Shown here piece after piece: positions 18,532-28,801 of a DNA stretch of 64,000 bases. Position numbers and translations under genes: made by a program. The notes beneath the pieces were generated by a model that saw only the letters and a program-made list of their open reading frames with translations, had not been told where the DNA came from and ran no database searches. Numbering within the stretch: position 1 is the first letter of the stretch; each line of letters opens with the position of its first letter. This DNA is from an uncultured Verrucomicrobiae bacterium (lineage in GTDB: Bacteria > Verrucomicrobiota > Verrucomicrobiia > Limisphaerales > Palsa-1400), in the NCBI GenBank assembly GCA_963764165.1, contig CAVXRD010000002.1, positions 32,001-96,000 of the forward strand, given 5' to 3'.

Positions 18532-19650
18532 TCAATTTTGGTCTTTGCTTCTGTCCATCGCCCTTTTTGCAGCCTTTGCGCCCGTTATATCGTCTTTAGA
18601 GAACCTCGAACCGGAGGAACCAGCCTCTCCGCCGCCTTTGGACCTGCCTCCATTTTGGTAAGCTAAAGTTCCAAGCAGCGGTTGGCTATACCCTTTGCCC
18701 AAGGCCGCACCAGCAACACTAGACGTCGCCGCCGATGCCCCAGCAGCCACCATAAGCCCAGCGGTGAAGGCAGATTTTTCGCCGCGAGTTGCTATCGTTG
18801 CCGCTGTGGTGGCACCGGCAGCCAGTCCAGCAGTTCCGGCGGAGGATGCCCCTGACAACAAGTCTGCCGCAACTTGATACCCCTCGGTCAGAGCTTTCTG
18901 AATAGCCAGAGGGGCGGCAATCGTGCTGAAGATGAGCCACACCCCGAGCAGTCCAAGGCCGATGAAGTTCTGCAAGCCGTAGTTAGCGGTGCCCGAAAGC
19001 GTCGAGCTTTGCATGAAACTTTGATCGGTCATGAACGTCAATAAGCCCTGCGTGACGATGGATGCAACTGCCCAGCCAAGGGGCCACGCCATTACGCCCA
19101 CCAGGCCGACGATATATCGCTGCCCAACACTGCTCAGACTCCGAATCGCCATGAACCCGATGAAAATTGGCGAAAGCGAATAGCCAAGATATAAAATCAT
19201 TTTTTGAACGATGTAGGCGTAAAACATGATAGCGCTCGCCAGCAAGCCAAACAGCCACAGAAAACCGGAAACGATGGCTTCAAAAAGCGTTGCTCCCATG
19301 TGAAACAGCTTATCGGACCAACTTTTTTGAGTGGCGGTTGATTTCCGGGCAACGAGAGCCGCATTGTACTCGTCAAACACCTTGCCGGGATCCGCTTGAA
19401 TAACCTGCGTATCGGTGTCGCTCACGATCTGCGAAATCTGGTTTCCCCATGTCACAAGATACGTCAATAATAGCACAAACACGGCGGTGCGCCCGAACGT
19501 GCGGATATACGCCCCCGGGCTACGGTGCCCCGAAATGGTCGATGAAACGATGCCCACGACCAACAGGACGTATGCCACTGGCATGAGCACGGTTTTCAAT
19601 TGCGAACATTCGCTGAGAAAGTTCGGGAACAGAGAATTAAAGCTGTTCAT
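18532..19650 (-). CDS. virB6: VirB6/TrbL-like T4SS inner-membrane protein
   Basis: Multi-TM core (LGYSLSPIFIGFMAI...WPLGW) and an Ala/Gly-rich tail; GGAGG RBS before ATG 19650. Confidence 0.78.
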   Translation of the reverse strand: MNSFNSLFPNFLSECSQLKTVLMPVAYVLLVVGIVSSTISGHRSPGAYIRTFGRTAVFVLLLTYLVTWGNQISQIVSDTDTQVIQADPGKVFDEYNAALVARKSTATQKSWSDKLFHMGATLFEAIVSGFLWLFGLLASAIMFYAYIVQKMILYLGYSLSPIFIGFMAIRSLSSVGQRYIVGLVGVMAWPLGWAVASIVTQGLLTFMTDQSFMQSSTLSGTANYGLQNFIGLGLLGVWLIFSTIAAPLAIQKALTEGYQVAADLLSGASSAGTAGLAAGATTAATIATRGEKSAFTAGLMVAAGASAATSSVAGAALGKGYSQPLLGTLAYQNGGRSKGGGEAGSSGSRFSKDDITGAKAAKRAMDRSKDQN

Positions 19651-19675
19651 AGTTCCTCCGTGTGTTTTTCGCGGC

Positions 19676-20278
19676 TCAGACGCGAATTGCCCGCGATTGG
19701 GTGATGGCGGGGGTAAGAGTTTCCGATTCAACCTGGGATGGATTGATCTCGTGCTCGCAACGTCGGCCCACCGCCTCGACGACCCGTCGGCAATTTAATT
19801 CGGGCTGTTCTTCCGCCAGCGTTTCTCGAATTTTTGCCGCCAAATCCGAGGCGAGCAGTTGGAGCGTTTGCCGCTCGTTTTCCACGAAATCCTGCAAGAC
19901 CTGGCGCTCGTTGTTTCCAGTGAGAAGAACTTCGGCGGAGCCGTTGGTCTGAGCGTAGCGGGAATTCTCGGCGAACCGTTCCACCACTGCGACTTCGTCG
20001 CCTTTGCGGCAGAGCAACACTTCACTTTGGGTTAATTGCACGAGAGTGCGCCGAACGTCCCAGGGTTCACCCAGCAATCGAATTTGTCCTCCCCCGTTTG
20101 CCGTCGATTCACCGGAGGTTTCAATGGCGCGCAACGCTTGCCCGATAGCGGTGATGTCCGTCAATTCGGGTCGGGCCGTCGCCACCGCGTTTTGATACGC
20201 TTCGTTTTCCTCGTCGGTGAGGCGTCCGCTGTAATGCGGAACTTCATGGCGAGCGGGCAGTCCATTTCTCTTAATCAT
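19676..20278 (-). CDS. Hypothetical ICE protein
   Basis: 200-aa ORF packed between the xis-like gene and virB6. Confidence 0.65.
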   Translation of the reverse strand: MIKRNGLPARHEVPHYSGRLTDEENEAYQNAVATARPELTDITAIGQALRAIETSGESTANGGGQIRLLGEPWDVRRTLVQLTQSEVLLCRKGDEVAVVERFAENSRYAQTNGSAEVLLTGNNERQVLQDFVENERQTLQLLASDLAAKIRETLAEEQPELNCRRVVEAVGRRCEHEINPSQVESETLTPAITQSRAIRV

Positions 20279-20283
20279 ATCGT

Positions 20284-20499
20284 TTACTCCGATTTTAGAA
20301 GTTTCACTAACTCAGTTCGGGGAATCAGAAATTTCCCACGCAAGGCGCGGCAGGGTTTCAATTTGCCGCGCTGAATCAAACGGTAGATGCTGAAGTAATG
20401 CACGCCGAGCATTTGAGCCGCTTCTTCAATTGAATAAGCCAGCCTCTCCGTGGCGGCGGGCGGCGCAACGGCGGGCGTGATCGATGTCATCGTTTCCAT
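20284..20499 (-). CDS. Excisionase-like helix-turn-helix protein
   Basis: RLAYSIEEAAQMLGVHYFSIYRLIQRGKL...FLIPRTEL is the Xis/HTH_17 pattern; close to the att end. Confidence 0.82.
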   Translation of the reverse strand: METMTSITPAVAPPAATERLAYSIEEAAQMLGVHYFSIYRLIQRGKLKPCRALRGKFLIPRTELVKLLKSE

Positions 20500-20531
20500 G
20501 CCCGCAAAGATAGCGCACGGAAGCAAAGGAG

Positions 20532-20551
20532 TTGTTCAGCTACCTGAACAA
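20532..20551. promoter_or_regulatory. ICE operator copy 1 (TTGTTCAG-CTAC-CTGAACAA)
   Basis: Palindrome covering the -35 position of a leftward TATCTT -10 (20512-20507) before the xis-like gene. Confidence 0.75.
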
Positions 20552-20880
20552 GATTTCGGCTTCCTTTTGCACTGCAACAATTCCTCCAGCGATTCTCGCA
20601 GGTGGCCGTTGCCGTTGACCGGAGGATAAAGGTCCGTGATCGGAACTTTAAGGACATTGGCAAAATATAAGAGTTGCGTGTCCGTGACCTTATGAATTTT
20701 GGCTTCGATTTTAGCCAGACATTCGCGGCTAATGTCGTAGCCCTTGAGTTGCAGTCTGACGGTGAGTTGTGTCTGGGAGCACCCCTGTTGGTTACGGAGC
20801 CGCCGAATTTGCGGCCCCACGACGTTTAGATAATACACGTTGCCTCCTTTGCTTTGTCCAAGGAGGCAGACCCCACACAA
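20536..20880 (-). CDS. XRE-family HTH regulator
   Basis: NVVGPQIRRLRNQQGCSQTQLTVRLQLKGYDISRECLAKIE. Start uncertain. Confidence 0.8.
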   Translation of the reverse strand: MCGVCLLGQSKGGNVYYLNVVGPQIRRLRNQQGCSQTQLTVRLQLKGYDISRECLAKIEAKIHKVTDTQLLYFANVLKVPITDLYPPVNGNGHLRESLEELLQCKRKPKSCSGS

Positions 20881-21566
20881 GCGGCTGTCTCACGAGTCCG
20901 TTTCAACAATTATCTTCAGCGTGTAACGGTCAAAAACGCGACTTGATAAGAGAAGCTCCTCAGCAAAACACCTGTAGCTTATTTTAGGCCAGCCACGAGG
21001 GAAAAATTGATCAAGCAGACATTGAAAACCTCGTCGGAAAAAAATTCCAAAAAGTGTCAAATGAAACAAAATCTCTTGCAGACTTTGGGTGTCGTATCAG
21101 CTTTTCTCTGAGCGGGAGCCTCGCGCAAAAAGCGCAATTTTCACGCTTGCCGAGGACAAGTTACGGGGACGTTTCGAGTTGGGCAACAAGCCGAACGTTC
21201 CGATCTGAGTCCCAACATCTGCTCTTGGGTCAGAGGAGGGTCTGGCCGCAACGATTCGGTTTGGACGGCTACGAGTTCCACCGGGGAACAAAGTGTTGGT
21301 CGCGGAAGGATTCGAGAACCTGTGCGTAGGATTTTCCGGCGGCAAAATATCCGAAGGCGCATTTCCGGCGCAACAAATCCGCCCATTCCTCCACTGTTCG
21401 TTCACGGCAAAGGAACTTCACCCAAGCCCCGAGGCGAAAATGTCGTCCTCCAAGAAGGCATTCCCGTCCTTCGTAGGTGTATTGGGGCGGTTCAGGGCCA
21501 TGATAAGAATCGGTCGCCATTAAACGATAAGGTTTGATCTGTCAGTATTAGCCCCAAGCGGGGCTC

Positions 21567-23933
21567 TCAGGGTCTGGAGTCAAGCAATTCGCGAACTTTT
21601 CGCGCCAAGCTGGACGGCGTGAACGGTTTTTGCAGGAGGATGACTCCGTTGTTCAGAACGCCTTGGTGGACAATGGCGCTTTCGGTGTAAGCGGAAGTAA
21701 AGAGTATTTTGGTCTTTGGAAAAAGCGAACGCACGCGGTCCGATAATTCCTTGCCGCTCATGTGCGGCATGACCACATCCGTGAATAACAAATCAATGTG
21801 ACCGACTCCCGGTCGGTGCGCCAGGTTGAGGGCCTCAATTCCGTCACCGGCCGCGAGCACCGTATATCCCAGTTTTTGCAGCAATTCCTCGGTCATCTCC
21901 CGCAGCGCGGGGTGGTCCTCCACCATCAGAATCGTCTCGGCCCCGCGCGGCATGGTTGAGGACGCGGGCGGCTGGACTGGTAACGGCTGCCCTTGCGCAT
22001 AGGGCAGATAAATTTTGAATGTCGTTCCCCGTCCTAGTTCGCTGTAGACAGCGATATGGCCGTGGCATTGTTTTACGATACCGTGGCAGGTAGCCAGCCC
22101 AAGCCCAGTTCCTTTACCAACATCCTTAGTGGTAAAAAACGGCTCAAAGGCGCGCCGCTTGACTTCGTCGCTCATGCCCGGGCGGGTGTCCGTAATTGCC
22201 AGCATAACGTAGGGCCCAGGCTTAAGATCGGGCACGCGACTCGTATAGTCGTTTTCAAGCTCCACGTTTGAGGTCTCAAGCGTAAGTTTGCCGCCATTGG
22301 GCATCACGTCGGCTGCGTTCATCGCGATGTTGATGATGACCTGCTCAATCTGGCCGACATCCGCCCGAACCATCTTGATTCCCGCACCCGGCACAATGCG
22401 CACATCGGTGTCCCGTCCCATCAAATGGTGGAGCATGTTATCCATCCCCAGAATCACCTTGGTCAAATCGATGAGTTCCATGCGCAGCATTTGCTTGCGA
22501 CCGTAAGCCAAAAGTTGGCGGGTCAAACTGGCCGCCCGTTCGGCGGACTTGCCAATTTCGCGGATGGAATGGGAGGCCGGGCTTTCCGCAGGGAGATCCT
22601 CAAGCGCCATTTCGCTGCGACCGATAATCGCGGTCATAATGCTATTGAATTCGTGGGCGATGCCTCCGGCAAGTTTTCCTACCGTTTCAATCTTTTGCGA
22701 CTGAACCAAATGATCCTGCACTCGCTTAAGCTCAAAGGAGCGTCCGAGTTGAGTGCCGACATTGTTGCAAACGCGAAGCACGCCGGGCCCCTCACTCTTC
22801 GTGTCGCGGGCGAAAAACTCCATAACTCCGCCAAGTCCGTTTGCAGTCACAATTGGGAACGCGAACGCGCCGCGCAACCCAATCTGGGCAGCCGTTGCGG
22901 CACGGGGAAATGCCGGGTCCTTGGAAACATCTGGAATCCATATCGGTTCGCCGGTGCCCCAAACTCTGCCGGGAAGCCCGGCACCCTTGGCGAAAGTTAT
23001 GTCGCGCGATACCTGGAGGAAGCCATCAGCACAAAATCCCTCGACCGACCATGTCTCAGCGCATTTCAAAACAGCGGCCCGATGGTCAAGCATCCAAAGC
23101 GCGCCAACATCCTGTTTCAACGCCTCACCGATGACACGCATTGTCTTCTGGGCGCATTCCTGAAAGGTGGCTGATTCCGCCAGAACGCGGCTGACGGCAT
23201 ATTCCAAGTTTAGCTGTTGTTCGGCTTTCTTCCGTTCGGCAACCTCGGTTTGCAAAAGGGCATTGTCACGCCGCAGTTGCCGGGTGAAGCTGGAAACCAT
23301 GAAACTGGCCCCAATTGCTACCACAATGGCAAGGCCAACCAAAAAATCCCCGATCAGGCGGACCCGCGCAATCAGATTGGCGGTTGTCCGCGCCGCTTCC
23401 CTCGCGTTGACTTCAACCAAGCCCGTTAGCTTATTGATCGCGTCAAGATATTGGTTGTAGAGGGGCAACTGGCGCGACAGGGCCAGCGCGGCCGCCTCAT
23501 CATCTCGATTGAGCCGACTCAGAGCCAACACCGATTCGGTCTGCTCCCAGTAGGCTTTCCGTGCTTGCATGACATTTTCATACAAACCGCGTTCCTCGTC
23601 CCCCTCAATCAAACGCTTGTAGCTAGCCAGTTCAGTTGCATTAGTCGTCGCCGTCCGTGTGATGAATGCGTCCAGATGCACGAGTTCTGCTGAGTTCGTC
23701 GCAAGGATATGCTGAAGCACCCGCACCTGAATTTCGCCCACGTCCTGGGCGGTATCGTCAATCAAAGCCAATTTATCCAGCACCACGGATTGTTGCGTTT
23801 GGTTGCGGCTTTCAATGGCTCGAAGGCTGAACCAGAACAGCCCTCCGATCATCAGGAGTATGACGCATAAGATGACAATCGTGATCGTCATCTGCTGGCC
23901 ATTCGAGAACGGCTTCAAGATTTTCATTAGCAA
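21567..23933 (-). CDS. Membrane hybrid histidine kinase (four-helix-bundle sensor, GAF, HK, REC)
   Basis: Two TMs, GAF (GLPGRVW), H-box AHEFNS, GKGTGLGLA and REC (LLFTDVVMP). The G1 box reads DTRPG. Confidence 0.9.
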   Translation of the reverse strand: MLMKILKPFSNGQQMTITIVILCVILLMIGGLFWFSLRAIESRNQTQQSVVLDKLALIDDTAQDVGEIQVRVLQHILATNSAELVHLDAFITRTATTNATELASYKRLIEGDEERGLYENVMQARKAYWEQTESVLALSRLNRDDEAAALALSRQLPLYNQYLDAINKLTGLVEVNAREAARTTANLIARVRLIGDFLVGLAIVVAIGASFMVSSFTRQLRRDNALLQTEVAERKKAEQQLNLEYAVSRVLAESATFQECAQKTMRVIGEALKQDVGALWMLDHRAAVLKCAETWSVEGFCADGFLQVSRDITFAKGAGLPGRVWGTGEPIWIPDVSKDPAFPRAATAAQIGLRGAFAFPIVTANGLGGVMEFFARDTKSEGPGVLRVCNNVGTQLGRSFELKRVQDHLVQSQKIETVGKLAGGIAHEFNSIMTAIIGRSEMALEDLPAESPASHSIREIGKSAERAASLTRQLLAYGRKQMLRMELIDLTKVILGMDNMLHHLMGRDTDVRIVPGAGIKMVRADVGQIEQVIINIAMNAADVMPNGGKLTLETSNVELENDYTSRVPDLKPGPYVMLAITDTRPGMSDEVKRRAFEPFFTTKDVGKGTGLGLATCHGIVKQCHGHIAVYSELGRGTTFKIYLPYAQGQPLPVQPPASSTMPRGAETILMVEDHPALREMTEELLQKLGYTVLAAGDGIEALNLAHRPGVGHIDLLFTDVVMPHMSGKELSDRVRSLFPKTKILFTSAYTESAIVHQGVLNNGVILLQKPFTPSSLARKVRELLDSRP

Positions 23934-24259
23934 GAAGGCATGGCCTTAGCGTCCAGTAGCCCGTCAAATCCAGGCAGAGCTATATCCGAAAGGATCAAAT
24001 CGAACGGCTGTGTTTCCTGCGCCACCACAAACTCGGTGGCTCTAACGACCCGCGTGATCGTATGATCGACGCCCTCCCTGGCAAGCTCGTGGTGAACCAA
24101 ATCGCAGTCGATGGCGCTGTCTTCCAAAAAGAGAATGCGAACCCGCGACTTGGCGGCGGACCTTTCTCTGTTGTCTCGGGCCGACGGTTCGATCATGTCG
24201 ATATTGCGACGGAAATAGAGGCGCAGTCTGCCACGGAAAAACGCGTTAGTGGGGCTCAT
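23927..24259 (-). pseudogene. Truncated receiver domain
   Basis: RILFLED...FDLILSDIALPGFDGL, then terminates without the conserved Thr/Lys half of REC. Confidence 0.65.
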
Positions 24260-24481
24260 ATAGCGTCACGCCAATTGAACGGTCTGGCTCACTGCTATTT
24301 CTGAAATATAATCGCCACCACTCGGTGAAGCTGCTGCGTTGTCAGGCTTGAAAAAATCGTCATGATGTCTGGTTTAAGTGGCATTGTATTGGACAGTCAA
24401 CGCGAAAAGGAGGATCCATTTGTTCCGACCGGGGCGGGGGCCAGTTTGTCGTTGTTAAAGCTAGTAAGCCGGTTTTGGCGA

Positions 24482-26461
24482 TTATGTGCGTGTCGAAGGG
24501 AGAGTTTCCTGCGCTCGAGCATCCAGTAAATCGCGCACTCGGCGCACCAAGGTTGAAGTGTTATAGGGTTTGGGGAGAAAGGCTATGTTCTGCTGCGTTG
24601 CCATGTCCCCAAGAATGATCTCTTCCGTATAACCCGAAGTAAACAACACCTTGAGATGCGGGCTGCGCGATTGCAACCAATCCACCATTATTTTTCCGCT
24701 CATTTCGGGCATGACAACGTCGGTAATAACCAGTGCAATGGGATCGGCAGACTCACGAGCTACACTCAGTCCTGCCCTTCCATTGTCAGCCCTCAACACA
24801 TGATAGCCTTGGGCTTCCAAAACCAAGCAAGCCAAATCACGCACAGCAGGCTCGTCTTCGACCAGCAGCAACGTTTCCGTACCGCGGGGCAACGGCCCCG
24901 TTGGAGGTGGCTTGACCGCGATGTCCGGGGGTTGGGCAATTCTGGGGAAATAAATGTTAAATGTCGTGCCGCATCCAACTTTACTTTCGACGCTGATGTG
25001 TCCTCCGGCCTGCTGAACTATGGTATGGCAGGTTGCAAGGCCCAAGCCGGTGCCTTTGCCTTTGGGCTTCGTGGTGAAAAACGCCTCAAATAAATGCGCT
25101 TTAACCTCGTCCGTCATTCCGGTTCCCGTGTCACGGCAACTGAGCGACACGTAGTCTCCGGGTGACGCCTCGGCCCATAGTCGCGGGTCGCCTTCATTTA
25201 GCGTGACGTTAGTGGTGGCTATCGTGAGCCTTCCACCATCTGGCATGGCGTCACGGGCGTTTACCACCAGATTCATCGTTAATTGGCCTATATAGCCGGA
25301 ATCGGCCTTCACACGACCGAGTTTCTCTCCGAGAGAGATCGTTATTTGAACATCTTCATCAACGAGGCGCCGCAGCATTTTTTCCACCTCGTTCACCACG
25401 TCGTTGAGGTCAAGCACCACAAGCTGCACCGTTTGCCTGCGACTAAAGACGACCAATTGGCGCGTCAGTCCGGCCCCGCGCGCCGCCGCGTGCTGGATTT
25501 CGACTAGATATTCCCGCTCCTCGCACTCTGGGCTAAGACCCGGGGTAATTAGATTCGCATAACCCATAATGAGCCCGAGAATATTATCGAAGTCGTGCGC
25601 TATGCCGCCGGCCAATTGGCCCAGAACCTCCATTTTTTGCGCTTCGACAAGTTGCGCCTCGAGCTTTTTGATGCGGGAAATATCATGGCTGATCTTTGAG
25701 ACTCCCACGATCTCGCCATCGCGGGCTTCGATGGGAGTGAACCCGATGGAGACATTAATAAGGACGCCGTCTTTCCGTCGCCGAATCGTGTCAAAGGATC
25801 GAACCGTCTCGCCGTTCCTGACGTTAGCGATGGCGCTCATGTAATCCTTATAAGCGTCCGGCAGGAAAAGGCCGGAGACGGGGTGGCCGATCATTTCTTC
25901 GGCAGAATAACCATACAACTGTTCCGCACCTCGATTCCAACCAATGACGATTCCGTTGGCCGTTGTGCTGACGATAGCGTCTGACGAACACTCGATGATC
26001 GCGGCCAAACGCGCCATTTGCTTTTCCCTGGCCTTTCGTTCCGTGATGTCACGGACGTTGCACTGAATCACCTTTTTGTCACCTGCCTCATAGACGTTGC
26101 TGACAAACTCCACATCGATCTTGCGGCCATCCTTCGTTTCCAGCGGAAGGTCTTCATAACGAATAAAGCCATTTTTTTGCAACCGCCCCAACATTATGCT
26201 GTTCGCCTCAATATCCCTAAACGGACTAAGCTCGCCCACCGTTTTGCCGATCATTTCAGCCCGTGAAAAGCCAAGGAGTTCAAAGAGGAAAGGATTCACG
26301 TCGGTGATGCGCCCGGTGCCAACTTCCAGAATCAGGATGCCGTCTCTGGCTGCTTCAAACAGGCGGCGATAATTCGATTCGGATTCGCGGAATGCCAGTT
26401 CCATCCTAGCAGCGCCTTTTTCTGTTCGCGCATTATTACCGAGATTGGGCGTTTCCGTCAT
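24482..26461 (-). CDS. Cytoplasmic PAS-PAS hybrid histidine kinase (CckA-like)
   Basis: Two PAS/PAC domains, AHDFDN H-box, DTGTGM, GKGTGLGLA and a C-terminal REC. Confidence 0.92.
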   Translation of the reverse strand: MTETPNLGNNARTEKGAARMELAFRESESNYRRLFEAARDGILILEVGTGRITDVNPFLFELLGFSRAEMIGKTVGELSPFRDIEANSIMLGRLQKNGFIRYEDLPLETKDGRKIDVEFVSNVYEAGDKKVIQCNVRDITERKAREKQMARLAAIIECSSDAIVSTTANGIVIGWNRGAEQLYGYSAEEMIGHPVSGLFLPDAYKDYMSAIANVRNGETVRSFDTIRRRKDGVLINVSIGFTPIEARDGEIVGVSKISHDISRIKKLEAQLVEAQKMEVLGQLAGGIAHDFDNILGLIMGYANLITPGLSPECEEREYLVEIQHAAARGAGLTRQLVVFSRRQTVQLVVLDLNDVVNEVEKMLRRLVDEDVQITISLGEKLGRVKADSGYIGQLTMNLVVNARDAMPDGGRLTIATTNVTLNEGDPRLWAEASPGDYVSLSCRDTGTGMTDEVKAHLFEAFFTTKPKGKGTGLGLATCHTIVQQAGGHISVESKVGCGTTFNIYFPRIAQPPDIAVKPPPTGPLPRGTETLLLVEDEPAVRDLACLVLEAQGYHVLRADNGRAGLSVARESADPIALVITDVVMPEMSGKIMVDWLQSRSPHLKVLFTSGYTEEIILGDMATQQNIAFLPKPYNTSTLVRRVRDLLDARAQETLPSTRT

Positions 26462-26880
26462 TGGCCCAGTCCGTTAAGAAGGGAAAGATTACACTCTTCT
26501 TTCAAGATGCCTTTGAATGAACGAGGTGGGAGTGTTTCATACCAGCAAGCCTACGGAGAAGCGCCGCGTTCGTCTCTCAGGTCTTTCCCGGATATCATTT
26601 CCCGCAAATGTCACTCATAGTCTGCAATTTGCCTCACTAAGCGCCCCAATTGCTCCGCACTCTTAATCCGCCTAAGCGATGATCGGACCTTCGTATCGTC
26701 TCGCCGTGAATGCGCAGAATCGATGAAAAATTGGCACTGCGTTAAACGCGATGAGATACGGACCGCATTTAACGCCAATGCCATAGCGCCGGAGGGGTCG
26801 AACGGCTCTCCCGGAATATACGGTATCGCTATTGACGGCGGGCTTTGTTGCGTTTCGCTTCAGATTGGGTATAGTCGAGG

Positions 26881-27321
26881 GTGGCAACCCCAGCCTACAA
26901 CGTTTTGATTGCAGATGACTCGGAAGATGACCGTTTCTTTTTGCGCCGACTCCTGGAGCGCTTCCCGCGATTCAGAGTCATCCGTGAAGTCTGCGACGGG
27001 TTGGAGGCGATCGAGTTTTTGTCGAACGCGAAATCCAATCCCAAATCCGAAATGCTGCCTGATTTGCTGTTCCTGGACTTGAAAATGCCCCACAAAGGCG
27101 GGTTTGAGGTGTTGGAATGGATGCGAACCCAAAACTGTAGGCCGCTGACCGTGGCCGTTTTATCCAGTTCGGCTCTGGTCGAAGATCAACGCCAAAGCTT
27201 GCGGTTAGGAGCGGATGGATTTTGGGTGAAAACCGCCGATTCAGCCGTGCAGAACAGTATGGTGGCTGCGCTTGAAGCCATGCTGGATGAGCGCGCGAAT
27301 GCGCTCAAGAATGAAGGCTAA
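26881..27321 (+). CDS. Single-domain response regulator
   Basis: VLIADDSEDD...LFLDLKMP...VLSSS...WVK. Confidence 0.88.
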   Translation: MATPAYNVLIADDSEDDRFFLRRLLERFPRFRVIREVCDGLEAIEFLSNAKSNPKSEMLPDLLFLDLKMPHKGGFEVLEWMRTQNCRPLTVAVLSSSALVEDQRQSLRLGADGFWVKTADSAVQNSMVAALEAMLDERANALKNEG

Positions 27322-27528
27322 GCAGTTAACTATTTGCCGCCGCACAGGTTTTTTTTCGAGTGCGCGCTTTCCGAACCAAGCACCGGCAAGTAAGGCGCGA
27401 AGGAGCGCAGTTGTCAGCCAATCCTAAAACCTGCGGTCGATTGCGCAATTTCATGCCTCTGCAAGATTATTGCAAAAAGACAGAATTTCCCCCAGGTTGT
27501 TTACCGCTCGAACAAAGTTGCCGCTACC

Positions 27529-27740
27529 ATGATTTCAAACGAACGGCCATCGCCTTACGGAAATCGCGCTTACACGATTGAGAATCGAAGGTCGCCCGCT
27601 TCTGAAAACACGCTAAAAACGGAACGAATTCAAATCGAGCGCAAATCGTCCACGTTCACGCTCAAAGAAATCACAAAGGCCAGTTTTTGCGGATCACGGA
27701 GGATATTGGCGGACGATTCAACTGCACCGCCATTCCCCCA
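27529..27740 (+). pseudogene. PUR-family (DUF3276-like) ssDNA/RNA-binding protein, frameshifted and truncated
   Basis: MISNERPSPY...ERIQIERKSSTFTLKE continues in the -1 frame as NHKGQFLRITEDIGGRFN; the shift is at the A-rich run near 27664-27671. Confidence 0.68.
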
Positions 27741-27890
27741 AGCCCAAACAACTAGCCCGTCTGGCAATGAAGACAACCAAAGAGAGGGCCGGAAATAAAA
27801 GCCAAGATGAGTTTTCAACCGTCGGGCGAGTGGCGTGATTTGAAAAGGAAATCGCGTTGTATTCTTTCTTGCGAAAGTGCATTAAGAGGC

Positions 27891-28172
27891 ATGGCAAAAA
27901 CACCAAAAAAGACCGAGAGAACACCGAATGCAGCCTTCATGAAACCGGTTCAACCGGATGACAAGCTGGCCAAAGTCGTCGGCGAAAAACCGCTTCCCAG
28001 GACTGAGTTGACGAAAAAGTTGTGGGCCTACATCCGCAAGAACGGATTGCAGGACGCCAAGAAAAAGACGCTAATAAATGCGGACGAAGCGTTGAAGGCC
28101 GTCTTCAATGGAAAAAAGCAAGTCAGCATGTTTGAAATGACCAAGCTGGTCTCGGGGCATTTGAACAAATGA
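27891..28172 (+). CDS. SWIB/MDM2-domain protein
   Basis: NAAFMKPVQPDDKLAKVVG.KPLPRTELTKKLWAYIRKNGLQD...INADEALK...VSMFEMTKLVSGHL. Confidence 0.93.
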   Translation: MAKTPKKTERTPNAAFMKPVQPDDKLAKVVGEKPLPRTELTKKLWAYIRKNGLQDAKKKTLINADEALKAVFNGKKQVSMFEMTKLVSGHLNK

Positions 28173-28271
28173 TGTTGGGAGAGTCGGCGAACTCTGTCGT
28201 CGAGCAATTAATGGCGATGCGTCGGAATTTCGCTTGAGCCATTCCGGCAAGAATGGAAAACTAAGAGCGTC

Positions 28272-28769
28272 GTGGAAAATTTCGACCGTGGAGACAAATT
28301 ATCCTTGATGGCGGCATTAGGCTGGCTGGAATTGGGCAATCCACTGGAAGCAAATTCCGAATTGGATAATGTCGCGCCGGAGTTAATAGCCCACCCAATT
28401 ACCCTGCGAGTTCGTTGGTGCGTGTACGTATCGGTTGCGAAATGGGAGATGGCATTGACGGTGGCCCGAGGGCTTCGACAAATGCAGCCCAAGAATTTCA
28501 GCGGTTGGGTTTTGGAAGCCGAGACGCTCGATTTGATGGGCCGGACAGACGAAGCATGGGAGACACTTTTGCTGGTGGCACATCGCTTTTCAAATGCGCC
28601 CGCCATCAGCTACTTGTTAGCCTGCTATTGTGCAAAACTGGGCTATCCTCGGGCGGCGGAACGCTGGATAAGGGCCGCAGCAGAAATCGAGAATTCCCGC
28701 TCCCTTAAGTTGCGGCTGTTAGATGAGCCGGATTTGTCAACAGTGTGGGAGCTCAGCGAGAGCGTTTGA
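28272..28769 (+). CDS. TPR-like helical protein
   Basis: AALGWLELG...YLLACYCAKLG...LKLRLLDEPDL. Confidence 0.7.
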   Translation: MENFDRGDKLSLMAALGWLELGNPLEANSELDNVAPELIAHPITLRVRWCVYVSVAKWEMALTVARGLRQMQPKNFSGWVLEAETLDLMGRTDEAWETLLLVAHRFSNAPAISYLLACYCAKLGYPRAAERWIRAAAEIENSRSLKLRLLDEPDLSTVWELSESV

Positions 28770-28801
28770 CTCCGGCGAAATACCGTAGCATCCTTGGCCA
28801 G

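Noticed and set aside
20900..21560. Several short overlapping ORFs
   Set aside because: No recognisable motifs or consistent frame; left unannotated.
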